Source of the DNA: Candidatus Binataceae bacterium
GTDB taxonomy: Bacteria > Desulfobacterota > Binatia > Binatales > Binataceae
Length of the DNA: 64,000 nt
Assembly (NCBI GenBank): GCA_035295545.1
Contig: DATGIT010000009.1
Location: forward strand, 140,823 to 204,822
Direction of reading: 5' to 3'
The notes beneath the pieces were generated by a model. The model was given only the letters and a program-made list of their open reading frames with translations, was not told the DNA's origin and made no database searches. The position numbers were made by a program, and so were the translations under genes. Shown in pieces: positions 1 to 15,377 of the stretch. Within the stretch, counting starts at the first letter, position 1. Every line of letters begins with the position of its first letter.

Positions 1-722
1 CGCGCTCGTAGTCCGCGGGATGCGTGCGGTTGGTGGTGCCGACCTCGCGCAGCTGCGCGCCGCTGTGCTGCATCAGGTCGGGCAGGCGAAACGAGCCGCC
101 GATCTCGATCAGCTCGCCGCGCGACACCACGACCTCGCGGCCGGCGGCGAGCGAATTGAGCGCGAGCAGCACGGCGGCGGCGTTGTTGTTGACCACGGTC
201 GCGGCCTCGGCGCCGGTCAGCGCGCACAGCGCCTCCTCGACCAGCGAATCGCGCTCGCCGCGCCCGCCGGCGTCGAGGTCGTATTCGAGATTGACCGGCG
301 CGCGCGCCGCCGCGGCCATCGCTTCGATCGCCGGCTCGGCCAGCGGCGCACGCCCCAGATTGGTATGCAGCACCACGCCGGTCGCATTGACCACCGCGCG
401 CAGCGCCGGCTCGTCGGCCGCGATGGCGGCGCGCGCGCGGCGCACGATTTCATCCACCAGCCGCGCGCGCGCGGGCGCCGGGCTATGCGCCGCCTGCGCG
501 ATCAGCCCGGAGCGCACTTCGGCCTGCGCCCGCCGCAGCATCAGCCTGACATACGCATGTCCGAGCCGATCGCACTCGGCATCGCCGGCGAAGGCGCGCA
601 GGCATTCGTCGATCGACGGCATCGCGCGCAGCGCTTCGGTGCGCAGCTGCGTCGTCGCGTGCGCGCCCGCCGCGCGGCCGCGCGGCGTTTTTTTCGACTG
701 TCCCGAGTCCATTTTCGTCCGG
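1..722 (-). CDS. selA: L-seryl-tRNA(Sec) selenium transferase SelA, N-terminal ~240 codons; gene runs off the window start
   Basis: Reverse-strand translation from ATG at 722 gives [12 protein letters not shown]...[21 protein letters not shown]...[16 protein letters not shown]...[73 protein letters not shown]. This matches the conserved SelA core (E. coli ...[16 protein letters not shown]...EYDLD..GRG.RD...[18 protein letters not shown]...[24 protein letters not shown]...EVGTTNRTH). It is not in the six-frame track because it has no stop inside the window. Confidence 0.85.
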
Positions 723-774
723 CTCGATCCGTTCGCTCCGATTATCCGCGCGCGCGCGCCCTCAGGCCAGGCGC

Positions 775-2142
775 TCACGCCGCGCGCTCGCGCGACTCCT
801 GGGCATCGGCGATTACGCCAAGCCGCGCCATCAGGATTAACCCGCACACCAGCGCCGCCGCGGCCGAGAGCGCAACCGCGGTCTGCGGATTTGCGCGCTC
901 GCCGACAAAGCCGACCTCGAGGCTGCCGAGCGGGGCGAGGCCGATGAATGACAGCGTGTACATGCTCATCACGCGGCCGCGCAATTCGTCCGAGACGAAC
1001 AACTGCAGCATCGTGTTGCTGGTCGCGGTGTGATTGAGCAGCCCCGCGCCGATCAGCATCTGCGCGAGCAGCGAGAGCCACATCGCCGAGGACAGGCCGA
1101 AGACGAAAATGCCGACCGCCGAGCCGAACAGGCCGAAGATGAGATTGAGCCGCAGGCCGCGCGGGGTGCGGCTCGAGGCGAGTACCAGCGCGCCGGCCAG
1201 CGCGCCCACGCCCTGCACCGCGAGCAGGAAGCCATAGGCGCGCGGGCCGCCGTGCAGCACGTCGCGCGCGAACACCGGGATCAGCACCGAGTACTGCATG
1301 CCGAAGCCGGCGTTGATCGCGATCAGCAGCAGCAGGTAGAAGGTCGCGCGATGGCGCCGGACGTAGGCCAGGCCTTCGCCCAGGCGCGTGAACATCGCTC
1401 CGCCCATCGGCGGCACCGCGCGCGCCACGATGTGCATCGCGAGCAGGCTCCAGATGACCGCGACGTAGCTGAGCGCGTTCAGAAAAAAGCAGCCGGCAAG
1501 CCCGATCGCGCTGATCAGCACGCCGGCCACGGCCGGGCCAACCACGCGCGCGCCGTTGAAGATCATCGAGTTGAGCGCGATCGCGTTGGGCAGGTCCTCG
1601 CGCCCGACCATCTCGACCACGAACGCCTGGCGCGCCGGCATGTCGAACGCGGTCACCAGCCCGTTGAGCGCGGCCAGCGCGATCACGTGCTCGACCTTCA
1701 CGATGCCGGTCCAGGTCAGCGCCGCGAGGATGAACGCGCTCACCATCAGCAGCGCCTGGGTGGCGACGATCAGTTTGCGGCGATCGGCATGATCGACGAT
1801 CACGCCCGCGAACAGCGTCACCAGCAGCACCGGAAGATAGCCGGCGAAGCTCACGATGCCGAGCATCAGGGCCGAATTGGTCAGCCGCAGCACCAGCCAT
1901 CCCTGCGCCACCGACTGCATCCAGGTGCCGATGAGCGAGGTGAACTGGCCGCCGAAGAACAGGCGGAAATTGCGATGGCGCAGGGCGCGAAACGCGCCCA
2001 GCCGCCGCCCGAGCGGCGCCGCCGCCGCGGCCGCGCCCTCGGCGCCGGCGCCCCGGTCATCGATGGCGGGCGTATCGGCGGATGTCTCGATGGAAGCGCT
2101 CACGTGGGAATGCGGCCAGTCTGGCAAACTCCGGGCCGGCAA
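775..2142 (-). CDS. MFS transporter (EntS/enterobactin-exporter-like family)
   Basis: 455-aa ORF with multiple hydrophobic helices and MFS-type loops ([20 protein letters not shown]; [20 protein letters not shown]). The true start may be an internal Met. Confidence 0.75.
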   Translation of the reverse strand: MPARSLPDWPHSHVSASIETSADTPAIDDRGAGAEGAAAAAAPLGRRLGAFRALRHRNFRLFFGGQFTSLIGTWMQSVAQGWLVLRLTNSALMLGIVSFAGYLPVLLVTLFAGVIVDHADRRKLIVATQALLMVSAFILAALTWTGIVKVEHVIALAALNGLVTAFDMPARQAFVVEMVGREDLPNAIALNSMIFNGARVVGPAVAGVLISAIGLAGCFFLNALSYVAVIWSLLAMHIVARAVPPMGGAMFTRLGEGLAYVRRHRATFYLLLLIAINAGFGMQYSVLIPVFARDVLHGGPRAYGFLLAVQGVGALAGALVLASSRTPRGLRLNLIFGLFGSAVGIFVFGLSSAMWLSLLAQMLIGAGLLNHTATSNTMLQLFVSDELRGRVMSMYTLSFIGLAPLGSLEVGFVGERANPQTAVALSAAAALVCGLILMARLGVIADAQESRERAA

Positions 2143-2221
2143 GCGAGCGTGCGCGGCTGAAATCCACCGGCGATTTTCCTGTCGCCAGCGGGATTAACGC
2201 GAGCGGCGGGGTTGGTGTAAG

Positions 2222-3421
2222 ATGGCTCGTATGTTCGGCGAACTGATCCCGCGCGAGAAGACCAAGGCCCCGTTCATCGCGATCGAAGAGGCGCTCGAGG
2301 AAATCCGGCGCGGCCGCATGCTCATCCTGATGGATGACGAGCAGCGCGAGAACGAAGGCGACCTGTGCATGGCGGCCGAACTCGCCACCACCGAGGCGAT
2401 CAATTTCATGGCCAAGCACGGGCGCGGCCTGATCTGCCTGCCGATGGCGCCGGAGCGAATCGATCAGCTCGGCCTGAGCATGATGGTGGGCGACAACCAG
2501 GCCCCGCTGGGCACCGCCTTCACCGTGCCCATCACGGCGCGGCGCGCCACCGGCTCCGGCATCTCGGCGCGCGATCGCGCGACCACCATCCTGCAGGCCG
2601 TGCGCGAGGACGCGACCGGCGCCGAATTCGTCAGTCCCGGCTACGTCTATCCGCTGCGCGCGCGCGAGGGCGGCGTGCTGGTGCGCACCGGCCAGACCGA
2701 GGGCGGCGTCGACCTGGCGCGGCTGGCCGGGCTCAAGCCGGCGAGCGTGATCTGCGAGATCCTCAAGGAAGACGGCACCATGGCGCGGCGCGACGACCTG
2801 ATCGTCTTCGCGCGCGCGCACGGACTCAAGATCGTCACCGTCGCCGACATCATCGAGTACCGGCTGCGCAACGAGACCATGGTGCAGCGGGTCGCCGAGG
2901 CGCGCCTGCCGACGCAGTATGGCGAGTTCCGCGCCTTCGTCTATCGCAACCGGGTCGATTCGACCGAGCACCTGGTGCTGGTGATGGGCACGATCGATCC
3001 GGAACGGCCGGTGCGCGTCCGCGCGCATCGCGAATATCTGCCGGGCGACGTGTTCGGCTACACTCCGCGCAACACGCGAAGCCTCCTGCAGGCGGCGATG
3101 GCGCGTATTGCCGCGCTGGGCGAAGGCGTCGTGCTCTACCTCAAGCGCGAGTCCGACGCGATCGCGAGCGACATCGACACCAACGGCCGCGGCATCGTCG
3201 CGCGCCGCAACTGGAACCTGCGCGCGAGCACTCACCTGAGCCCGCCCGAGGCCGACTTCCGCGACTACGGGATCGGCGCGCAGATTCTGCGCGACGTCGG
3301 CGTGCGCAAGATGATCCTGCTCTCGGACCAGGCGCCGCGCCTGGCCAACCTGCCCGGCTATGGGCTCGAGATTATCGGCAACGAGCCGCTCTCCGAGGGC
3401 GAGGCGGTGCCCGGAAGTTAA
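2222..3421 (+). CDS. ribBA: Bifunctional-type RibBA: 3,4-dihydroxy-2-butanone-4-phosphate synthase fused to a degenerate GTP cyclohydrolase II-like domain
   Basis: The N-terminal half has the DHBP synthase signature (MILMDDEQRENEGDLCMAAE). The C-terminal half aligns to GCHII (VRVRAHREYLPGDVFGYTPRNTRSLL...DYGIGAQILRDVGVRKMILLSD), but all three zinc-ligand cysteines of the ECLTGD...RCDCG motif are replaced (EYL...PRNTR). Confidence 0.85.
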   Translation: MARMFGELIPREKTKAPFIAIEEALEEIRRGRMLILMDDEQRENEGDLCMAAELATTEAINFMAKHGRGLICLPMAPERIDQLGLSMMVGDNQAPLGTAFTVPITARRATGSGISARDRATTILQAVREDATGAEFVSPGYVYPLRAREGGVLVRTGQTEGGVDLARLAGLKPASVICEILKEDGTMARRDDLIVFARAHGLKIVTVADIIEYRLRNETMVQRVAEARLPTQYGEFRAFVYRNRVDSTEHLVLVMGTIDPERPVRVRAHREYLPGDVFGYTPRNTRSLLQAAMARIAALGEGVVLYLKRESDAIASDIDTNGRGIVARRNWNLRASTHLSPPEADFRDYGIGAQILRDVGVRKMILLSDQAPRLANLPGYGLEIIGNEPLSEGEAVPGS

Positions 3422-3485
3422 GCGCCTGGCGATGATTACCCAGTCGCGGAACCGGGAACGGACCCGCGGAATTTTTCTGCAATAG

Positions 3486-5528
3486 ATGAATCGATATTGC
3501 CGGCCGAGTTCGCCAACCGAGCATGTTACGCGAGTGACCGCGGCAGCCGCCGTCGGGCGGCGCCTGGAGGCTGCGGCGGCGGCCGTCGTCGCCGCGATCG
3601 CGCTTGCGGCCGTGGCGGCGTGGGCGGGCGCCGCGCGTGCGCAGGGCTCGCCGCAGCTGCCGGATCCGTCTGAAGTCGTAAAAATCAATTCGCTCAAGCT
3701 CGATGTTCCGCTCAAAGCGGGAGCGACCAGCACGCTCGAGGTCGGGGCCAGGGTGATTTCCGGGTGGCATATCAACTCGGACCATCCGAATTCCGCCGAC
3801 TTCATCCGCACCCGGCTGCTGGTCACGCCGCCGCCTGCGGTCAGTGCGGGCGCAGTGAAATATCCGCCCGCCGAGGAGATCGCACCGGCGTTTTCGGGTG
3901 GCGAGAAGCTCTCGGTGTTCAGCGGCGCGATGCACTTTTCCGTGCCGCTGAGCGCGGCGGCGGCTTTTCGCCCCATTGCGGCCGAGAAGGTCGCTGTCAC
4001 GCTCGAATATCAGCCGTGCAACGACAATATCTGCATGCCGCCCGCCAAGGTGAGCGCGAGCGCAAGCCTGGGCGCGATTGAGCCCGCCAGGGCGGGGCCG
4101 CGCACCTCGGCCGAGCGCGCAAGCGTAATCCTCGCGGCATTCGGCGGCGGCGGGGGTTCTTCCGCCAGCGCGCCGGGCGCTTCGGACGATCCGTCGAGCG
4201 ATTCAGGCGCCGGCACGTCCGGCCAGGGCCAGGGGGCCGGGGCGCCAGGTTCGCAGCTGGCGGACGTATTTCTTGCCCATGGGATGCTGCTCGGCTTTCT
4301 TGCGGTCCTGCTCGGAGGGTTCGCGCTCAATCTCACGCCCTGCGTTTACCCGCTAATCGGTGTAACCGTTGCTTACTTCGGCCATCAGGGCGGCGGGCCG
4401 CGCAATATCGCCGTGCTCGCCTCGGTCTACGTGCTCGGTATCGCGCTCACGTTTTCGCTGGCCGGCGTGGCGGTGGCGCTGTCGGGCGGCCTGTTCGGCG
4501 CGGCGCTGCAGAATCCGATCGTGCTGATCGCGATCGCTGCGATGCTGCTTGCGCTCGCGGCTTCGAGCTTCGGCCTCTTCTCGCTGCAGCCGCCGCAATG
4601 GCTGATGAGCCGTGCGGGCGTGGCCCGCCCGGGCTACGTCGGTGCACTGGTGATGGGGCTCGGGATGGGCATTGTCGCGGCGCCGTGCATCGGGCCAATC
4701 GTGCTCGGGCTGTTGCTGATGGTCGAGCGCAGCGCAAGCCCGCTGTTCGGCTTTGCGCTGTTCTTCACGCTTGCGATCGGGCTCGGCCTGCCCTATATCG
4801 CGCTGGCGCTGGCGGCCGGGCATATCCGGGCGTTGCCGCGCTCGGGCGAATGGCTCGCATGGATCGAGCAGCTCTTCGGGTTCGTGCTGATCGGGCTGGC
4901 GTTGTATTTTCTCGATCCGGTGGTGGAGGGTTGGGCGATGCGCTTGATGCCGTACTACGCAGCCGCGGCCGGCATCTTCCTCGGATTCGTGACGCCGGCG
5001 GGGCGCGGCTGGCGTCCGTTCCTGGTCTTCCGTTCCGCGCTCGGGGCGCTCGCGACCGGCGCGTTTGCCTGGATGCTGTTCATGGCGCCGGCGAAGTCGC
5101 CGGCGCAGCTCACCTTCGATCCCTACGACGCGGCGCTGCTCAAAGCGGCGCGCGCGGCGCAAAAGCCGGTGCTGATCGATTTCAGTGCGAGCTGGTGCGT
5201 GCCGTGTCGCGAGATGGCGCGCACGACCTTTCGCGATCCGGCGGTGATCGAGGCGGCGGCGCATTTTGTGCGCCTGCAGGCCGACATCACCGAGCACAGC
5301 ACGCGCAACGCGCAGCTCGCGATGCTTTACGAGGTCAGAGGCGTGCCGACCACCGTTTTCATCGACAAGCACGGGCGCATCTTCAAGCGCGAGGTCGGCT
5401 ACCTGAACTCGCGCCGTTTCCTGAGCGATTTGCGCGAAGTGGACGAGATCGACGGCCTGCCCGAGGTGCGCAGGCCGGTGGCGGGCTCCGCCTACGCGAG
5501 CTTCGACCGGCGTCGGCCACGCGGCTGA
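3486..5528 (+). CDS. dsbD: Thiol:disulfide interchange protein DsbD (N-terminal DsbD-alpha domain, CcdA-like membrane core, C-terminal thioredoxin domain)
   Basis: Signal-peptide-like N-terminus. Membrane core with paired Cys motifs (LTPCVYPLIG and APCIGPIV). C-terminal thioredoxin domain with SWCVPCREM. Start codon uncertain (alternative GTG downstream). Confidence 0.8.
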   Translation: MNRYCRPSSPTEHVTRVTAAAAVGRRLEAAAAAVVAAIALAAVAAWAGAARAQGSPQLPDPSEVVKINSLKLDVPLKAGATSTLEVGARVISGWHINSDHPNSADFIRTRLLVTPPPAVSAGAVKYPPAEEIAPAFSGGEKLSVFSGAMHFSVPLSAAAAFRPIAAEKVAVTLEYQPCNDNICMPPAKVSASASLGAIEPARAGPRTSAERASVILAAFGGGGGSSASAPGASDDPSSDSGAGTSGQGQGAGAPGSQLADVFLAHGMLLGFLAVLLGGFALNLTPCVYPLIGVTVAYFGHQGGGPRNIAVLASVYVLGIALTFSLAGVAVALSGGLFGAALQNPIVLIAIAAMLLALAASSFGLFSLQPPQWLMSRAGVARPGYVGALVMGLGMGIVAAPCIGPIVLGLLLMVERSASPLFGFALFFTLAIGLGLPYIALALAAGHIRALPRSGEWLAWIEQLFGFVLIGLALYFLDPVVEGWAMRLMPYYAAAAGIFLGFVTPAGRGWRPFLVFRSALGALATGAFAWMLFMAPAKSPAQLTFDPYDAALLKAARAAQKPVLIDFSASWCVPCREMARTTFRDPAVIEAAAHFVRLQADITEHSTRNAQLAMLYEVRGVPTTVFIDKHGRIFKREVGYLNSRRFLSDLREVDEIDGLPEVRRPVAGSAYASFDRRRPRG

Positions 5529-5529
5529 G

Positions 5530-8408
<2,879 letters not shown>

Positions 8409-8435
8409 CGCTCCCAAGGGGCGAAGACATAATCA

Positions 8436-10988
<2,553 letters not shown>

Positions 10989-11048
10989 CGCCGAGGCGTT
11001 CGGGTCGGGCCGTTGGGCCGCGCGCAAAGAATGACGCGGTCGAGGAAA

Positions 11049-11121
11049 CGGGCGGCTTCCGGGACTTGGTAATCTCTCCCGGTCCCCGTGACTGCAGGAC
11101 CGATTCAACGGAAGCCGCCCG
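11049..11121 (+). other. Long perfect inverted repeat / structured RNA candidate downstream of gyrA
   Basis: CGGGCGGCTTCCG (11049-11061) pairs perfectly with CGGAAGCCGCCCG (11109-11121). The 47-nt interior contains a nested GGTCC...GGACC stem. No U-tract follows. Confidence 0.35.
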
Positions 11122-11454
11122 ATCTCATCTCCAGCACGAGGGATGCCAAAGAAAAATCGAGGTTGCGCTTCGCTCCGCGCAAGTCCTTGTAAGCAGGAAA
11201 TTATAAAAAGCTCCGGCGGAGAGAATTTCACTCCTCTCGCTGGCAAGCGAAATTCCGGTGCGATCGCTGCCTCGCGCGTGATCTTGCGCGACCCTCTCGA
11301 TCGGCTCGAACCGGCCGTACGGCCGAATCGTGTCCGCTATATCGACTGAGAAAGGCGGTGGACGCCGCGTCCGGGCGCACGGACACGGATGCCGCGATAG
11401 TGCGCGGCTGCGCGGCGATGGACACAGGGCGTTCGCCGGGCGTAAGAAACTTCC

Positions 11455-12366
11455 ATGCCCCTCGATTCATCCCTGGTCGGCACCGCATCGGAGCTGATCG
11501 AGTCCGAGGTCGACGTCGCCTGGACCATGGCGTACGCGGCCGGGGTGGGCGACGCCCTTGCGTGTTATCTCGACACCACCCGCGCCGACGGCATCATCGC
11601 GCATCCGATGTTCACGGTGGGAATCGAATGGCGCGCGATGACGCAGATAATCCGCGTGCTGAGCGAGGCAGGTTTTCCGCGCGCCGAGATGCTGCGGCGC
11701 GTGCATGCGACCGACGACGTGACCGTGCATCGCCCGATCCGGCCGCCCGAGCGCCTGTTCACGCGCGCGACACTTGCCGGAATCGAGCGGCGCAAGGCCG
11801 GCGCATACCAGCTAACCCGCTTCGATACGACGGACGAAAAAGGCGCGCCGGTCTGCACCACCTGGTACGGCAATCTCTACCGCGGGGTGGAAGTCGCGGG
11901 ACCCGACCGGCCGCCTCCGAATGCGCCGGCGACGCGCGGCGCGCCGGCCGATGCGACCGCGGCGCACGCGAGCTTCGCGATTCCGATCTCGCCGGTGGCG
12001 GCGCATATCTACGGTGCGTGCGCGCGCCTTGGCAATCCGGTCAATATCCATACGGATCTCGCGACCGCGAAGAAGGCGGGCCTGCCCGGAACGATCCTGC
12101 ACGGCACTGCGACGCTGGCGATGGCGGTTTCGCGCGTGATTGCGGCCGAGGCCGGCGGCGATCCGGCCCAGGTCGCGCGAATTCATGGACGGTTCGGCGC
12201 GATGGTGCTCATGCCGTCCGAGATCGAGGTGCGGATCGCCGCTGCGGAGCGCGGCGCCCGTACCGGCATCGAGGGCGGAAGTCAGGGCAGGACCGTGTTC
12301 TTCGAGGTGTTGAGCGCCGACGGAGGGCATGCAATCCGCGACGGATTTGTCGCCCTGCGCGGATAA
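11455..12366 (+). CDS. MaoC-family dehydratase, double hotdog fold
   Basis: C-terminal MaoC signature (NPVNIHTDLATAKKAGLPGTILHGTATLAMAV). 303 aa. Confidence 0.7.
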   Translation: MPLDSSLVGTASELIESEVDVAWTMAYAAGVGDALACYLDTTRADGIIAHPMFTVGIEWRAMTQIIRVLSEAGFPRAEMLRRVHATDDVTVHRPIRPPERLFTRATLAGIERRKAGAYQLTRFDTTDEKGAPVCTTWYGNLYRGVEVAGPDRPPPNAPATRGAPADATAAHASFAIPISPVAAHIYGACARLGNPVNIHTDLATAKKAGLPGTILHGTATLAMAVSRVIAAEAGGDPAQVARIHGRFGAMVLMPSEIEVRIAAAERGARTGIEGGSQGRTVFFEVLSADGGHAIRDGFVALRG

Positions 12367-12452
12367 TGCGCTGAGGGGCGCAGCGCGCCGTGCCGCGCGC
12401 CGGCCGCGTCGCGCGATGGACATCCGGCGCCCGCGCTTTGTAGAAATATCCC

Positions 12453-13331
12453 ATGCCACTTGAATCATCGCTGGTTGGAACGAAGATTGGCCCCGTGACG
12501 GCCGAAGTCGATGCGCGTTGGACGATGGCGTACGCGGCGGGGCTGGAAGACTACCTGCCGTGTTATCTGGACACGCGGCGCAGCGACGGAATCGTCGCGC
12601 ATCCGGTCTTCCCGGTATGTATCGAATGGCCGCTGGCGATCGCGCTGCATGAAAAGATGCGCGCCTCGAGGCTGGCGCAGCCGGAAGCGGCGCGCGGCGT
12701 TCATGCGACCTATGACGTCACGATCCATCGGCTGGTGCGTCCGCCGGAGCGTCTTACCACGACGCTGGTGCTGGCCGGCGTGCAGCGGCTCAAGCCCGGC
12801 GCATACGAACTGATGCGTTTCGATACCGTGGACGCGCAGGGCCGGCCGGTATGCACGACCTGGTACGGCACGATCTATCGCGCTGTCGAGGTCAGCGGCG
12901 AGGATCGTCCCGCCGCCGATGCGCCGGCGATGCTGCGCGGCCAGGAAAACGGCGCGCGCGCGGAGGTTCCGCTTGCGATTTCAACCGGCGCCGCTCACGT
13001 GTACACCGAATGCGCGCGCATCTGGAATCCTGTGCACACGGACAGCGCCGTGGCCGCGGCCGCGGGGCTGCCCGCAATCATCCTGCACGGCACGGCGACG
13101 CTGGCGATGGCGGTGTCGAAAATCGTCGGCGCCGTGGCCGGGTGCAATCCCGAACGCGTGCGGCGGATTCATGGGCGCTTCGCCGCGATGGTGCTGATGC
13201 CGTCGATGGTGAATGTGCGGATCGCCTCGCGCGCGGCGGCGCATGGCGGAGGCGAAGCGGTACCGTTCGAGGTGCTGAACGCCGACGGCGGTCGTGCGAT
13301 TCGCGACGGGATGGTGCTGCTGGCGAACTAG
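12453..13331 (+). CDS. MaoC-family dehydratase, double hotdog fold; paralog of the preceding gene
   Basis: MPLESSLVGT... is ~55% identical to the upstream paralog over its full length. NPVHTDSAVAAAAGLPAIILHGTATLAMAV motif. Confidence 0.7.
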   Translation: MPLESSLVGTKIGPVTAEVDARWTMAYAAGLEDYLPCYLDTRRSDGIVAHPVFPVCIEWPLAIALHEKMRASRLAQPEAARGVHATYDVTIHRLVRPPERLTTTLVLAGVQRLKPGAYELMRFDTVDAQGRPVCTTWYGTIYRAVEVSGEDRPAADAPAMLRGQENGARAEVPLAISTGAAHVYTECARIWNPVHTDSAVAAAAGLPAIILHGTATLAMAVSKIVGAVAGCNPERVRRIHGRFAAMVLMPSMVNVRIASRAAAHGGGEAVPFEVLNADGGRAIRDGMVLLAN

Positions 13332-13387
13332 CCGCGCAGGGGGGCTGCGATTGAAATCGTCAGCGAAAAACAACCGGGAGCATTGGC

Positions 13388-14497
13388 ATGAAGGTCAAAG
13401 CGGCTGTCGCGCATCGGGCCGACGCGCCGCTCGAGATTGAAACCGTCGATCTCGAGGGGCCGCGCCAGGGCGAAGTGCTGGTCGAGATCAAGGCGACGGG
13501 CGTGTGCCATACGGACGCCTACACCCTTTCCGGCAAAGACCCGGAAGGGCTGTTTCCGGCAATCCTGGGCCATGAGGGCGCAGGCGTGGTGGCCGAGACC
13601 GGCGCCGGTGTGACCACGCTGCGTGCGGGCGATCACGTGATCCCGCTCTACATTCCGGAATGCCGCCAATGCCCCGCGTGTCTCTCCGGCAGAACCAATC
13701 TGTGCGTCGCGATCCGCGAGACCCAGGGGCGCGGCGTGATGCCTGACGGCAGCAGCCGCTTCTCGATCGGCGGCAAGCCGATCCATCACTATATGGGCAC
13801 CTCGACCTTCGCCAACTTCACCGTGGTGCCGGAGATCGCGCTGGCCAAAGTGCGGGTGGATGCCCCTTTCGATCGCATCTGTTACATCGGCTGCGGCGTT
13901 ACGACCGGCGTGGGCGCGGTGATCAACACGGCCAAAGTGCAGGTCGGCGACACGGTGGTGGTTTTCGGCCTCGGCGGCATCGGCCTCAACGTCGTGCAGG
14001 GAGCGCGGCTGGCGGGCGCGCGCATGATCGTGGGGATCGATCTCAATCCCGGGCGGCGCGCGATGGCCGAGAAATTCGGCATGACGCATTTCGTCAACCC
14101 GGCCGAAGTGCGCGGCGAAATGGTGCCGTACCTGGTGGACCTGACCGGCGGCGGCGCCGATTTCGCCTTCGAATGCGTCGGCAACGTCAAGCTCATGCGC
14201 CAGGCGCTCGAATGCTGCCATCGCGGATGGGGTACGTGCGTGATTATCGGCGTTGCCGGCGCGGGCGAGGAGATCGCGACGCGTCCGTTTCAGCTCGTCA
14301 CGGGCCGGACCTGGAAAGGCACCGCGTTCGGCGGCGCCAGGGGCCGGCGTGACGTGCCGAAAATCGTCGATTGGTACATGGAAGGCAAAATCAACATCGA
14401 CGACTTGATCACGCACACGATGCCGCTCGCGCGGATCAACGAGGCCTTCGACCTGATGCATCGCGGCGAATCGATCCGCACCGTGGTCACATTCTGA
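13388..14497 (+). CDS. frmA: Class III alcohol dehydrogenase / S-(hydroxymethyl)glutathione dehydrogenase
   Basis: MKVKAAVAHRADAPLEIETVDLEGP...VLVEIKATGVCHTDAYTLSGKDPEGLFPAILGHEGAGVV...CRQCPACLSGRTNLC. Zinc-ADH motifs and GxGxxG Rossmann fold. 369 aa. Confidence 0.85.
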   Translation: MKVKAAVAHRADAPLEIETVDLEGPRQGEVLVEIKATGVCHTDAYTLSGKDPEGLFPAILGHEGAGVVAETGAGVTTLRAGDHVIPLYIPECRQCPACLSGRTNLCVAIRETQGRGVMPDGSSRFSIGGKPIHHYMGTSTFANFTVVPEIALAKVRVDAPFDRICYIGCGVTTGVGAVINTAKVQVGDTVVVFGLGGIGLNVVQGARLAGARMIVGIDLNPGRRAMAEKFGMTHFVNPAEVRGEMVPYLVDLTGGGADFAFECVGNVKLMRQALECCHRGWGTCVIIGVAGAGEEIATRPFQLVTGRTWKGTAFGGARGRRDVPKIVDWYMEGKINIDDLITHTMPLARINEAFDLMHRGESIRTVVTF

Positions 14498-14525
14498 AGC
14501 GGAGCGCTCGCGCTCCCGCGGCGCC

Positions 14526-15252
14526 TCAGGCCCGCGCCGGGACGACGTGGCCGGCGATCATGCTTGCCAGCGATGCGACTGCCCATCCCGCCGCCGGCGC
14601 CGCTATCGCGCCGACCGTGGTGCCGAGAAACACCAGCCAGTCCATGCTCATTGGATGACGCACGATCGAGAGCGTGAGGCCGGCCGCACCGGCAAGCGCC
14701 GGAATGCCCCACCATGCGATCTCGGCGATAACGACCGCGCCTATCACCCGGCGCAATCCCGGCCGCAGCATCGTCCCGCCGACCGCCGCGAGCATCACGG
14801 CCAGTGAAAAATCCGCGGCGAAGGTGCCGAGCCACAGGCGCGGCGGAGGCCACAGAAGCATCGGCAGGCCCTTGGAAGTCGTGAACTGCAGCAGCGCGCC
14901 GATGCCGAGCGCGCCGAGGGCCGCCATCACTGCGGCCGCCGCGTCCGGATTGCCGTAGATCAGGGCGATGACGATAGCGATCACCAGAATGCCCGCGGCA
15001 ATGAGAAAACCCGCGGCATACTGCTGGCGCCGGCGCTCGATGACTTGAGGCGAGGGAGCGATGGTTTCGGCAAGGGCGTCGGCCGCCTCAGCATCATCCG
15101 CAACGTAAATGACGCGGGCCCTGGCCGAGCGCCAGGATTCGTCCGGCGAGGTCGTGGGCTTTGTCGGGTACGCCGGCGCGCCTCGTGCCATGCCCATCAG
15201 CACCGCCATCGTCAGCACCGCCATAGCCGCTTTAAGCGCGTCACGCGACATA
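14526..15252 (-). CDS. Hypothetical membrane protein (signal peptide plus several TM helices)
   Basis: The real start is probably MSRDALKAAMAVLTMAVLMGMA (ATG at 15252). The upstream part of the tracked 430-aa ORF looks like non-coding high-GC read-through. Confidence 0.5.
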
Positions 15253-15377
15253 GCGGCAACTATCCGCCAGCTTCGAGGCCGAGGCAATGACCCCTGCAAC
15301 GACCCGCATGGACTTGCACGCTGGGCGGGGTGTAGCTTTTGAGGGCGTGGCGCGAGCGTCATGCGGGAGCCGGGGCG

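Noticed and set aside
20-1033. Long + strand ORFs (337 and 307 aa) at the window start
   Set aside because: Arg/Ala-rich, low-complexity translations typical of antisense frames in high-GC DNA. The opposite strand encodes a well-conserved SelA N-terminus.
2143-2221. Possible FMN riboswitch upstream of ribBA
   Set aside because: Only ~80 nt of leader. No conserved FMN-aptamer sequence elements were seen.
2057-4000. 647-aa minus-strand ORF overlapping ribBA and dsbD
   Set aside because: Antisense to two strongly supported genes. The composition is that of a GC-rich shadow ORF.
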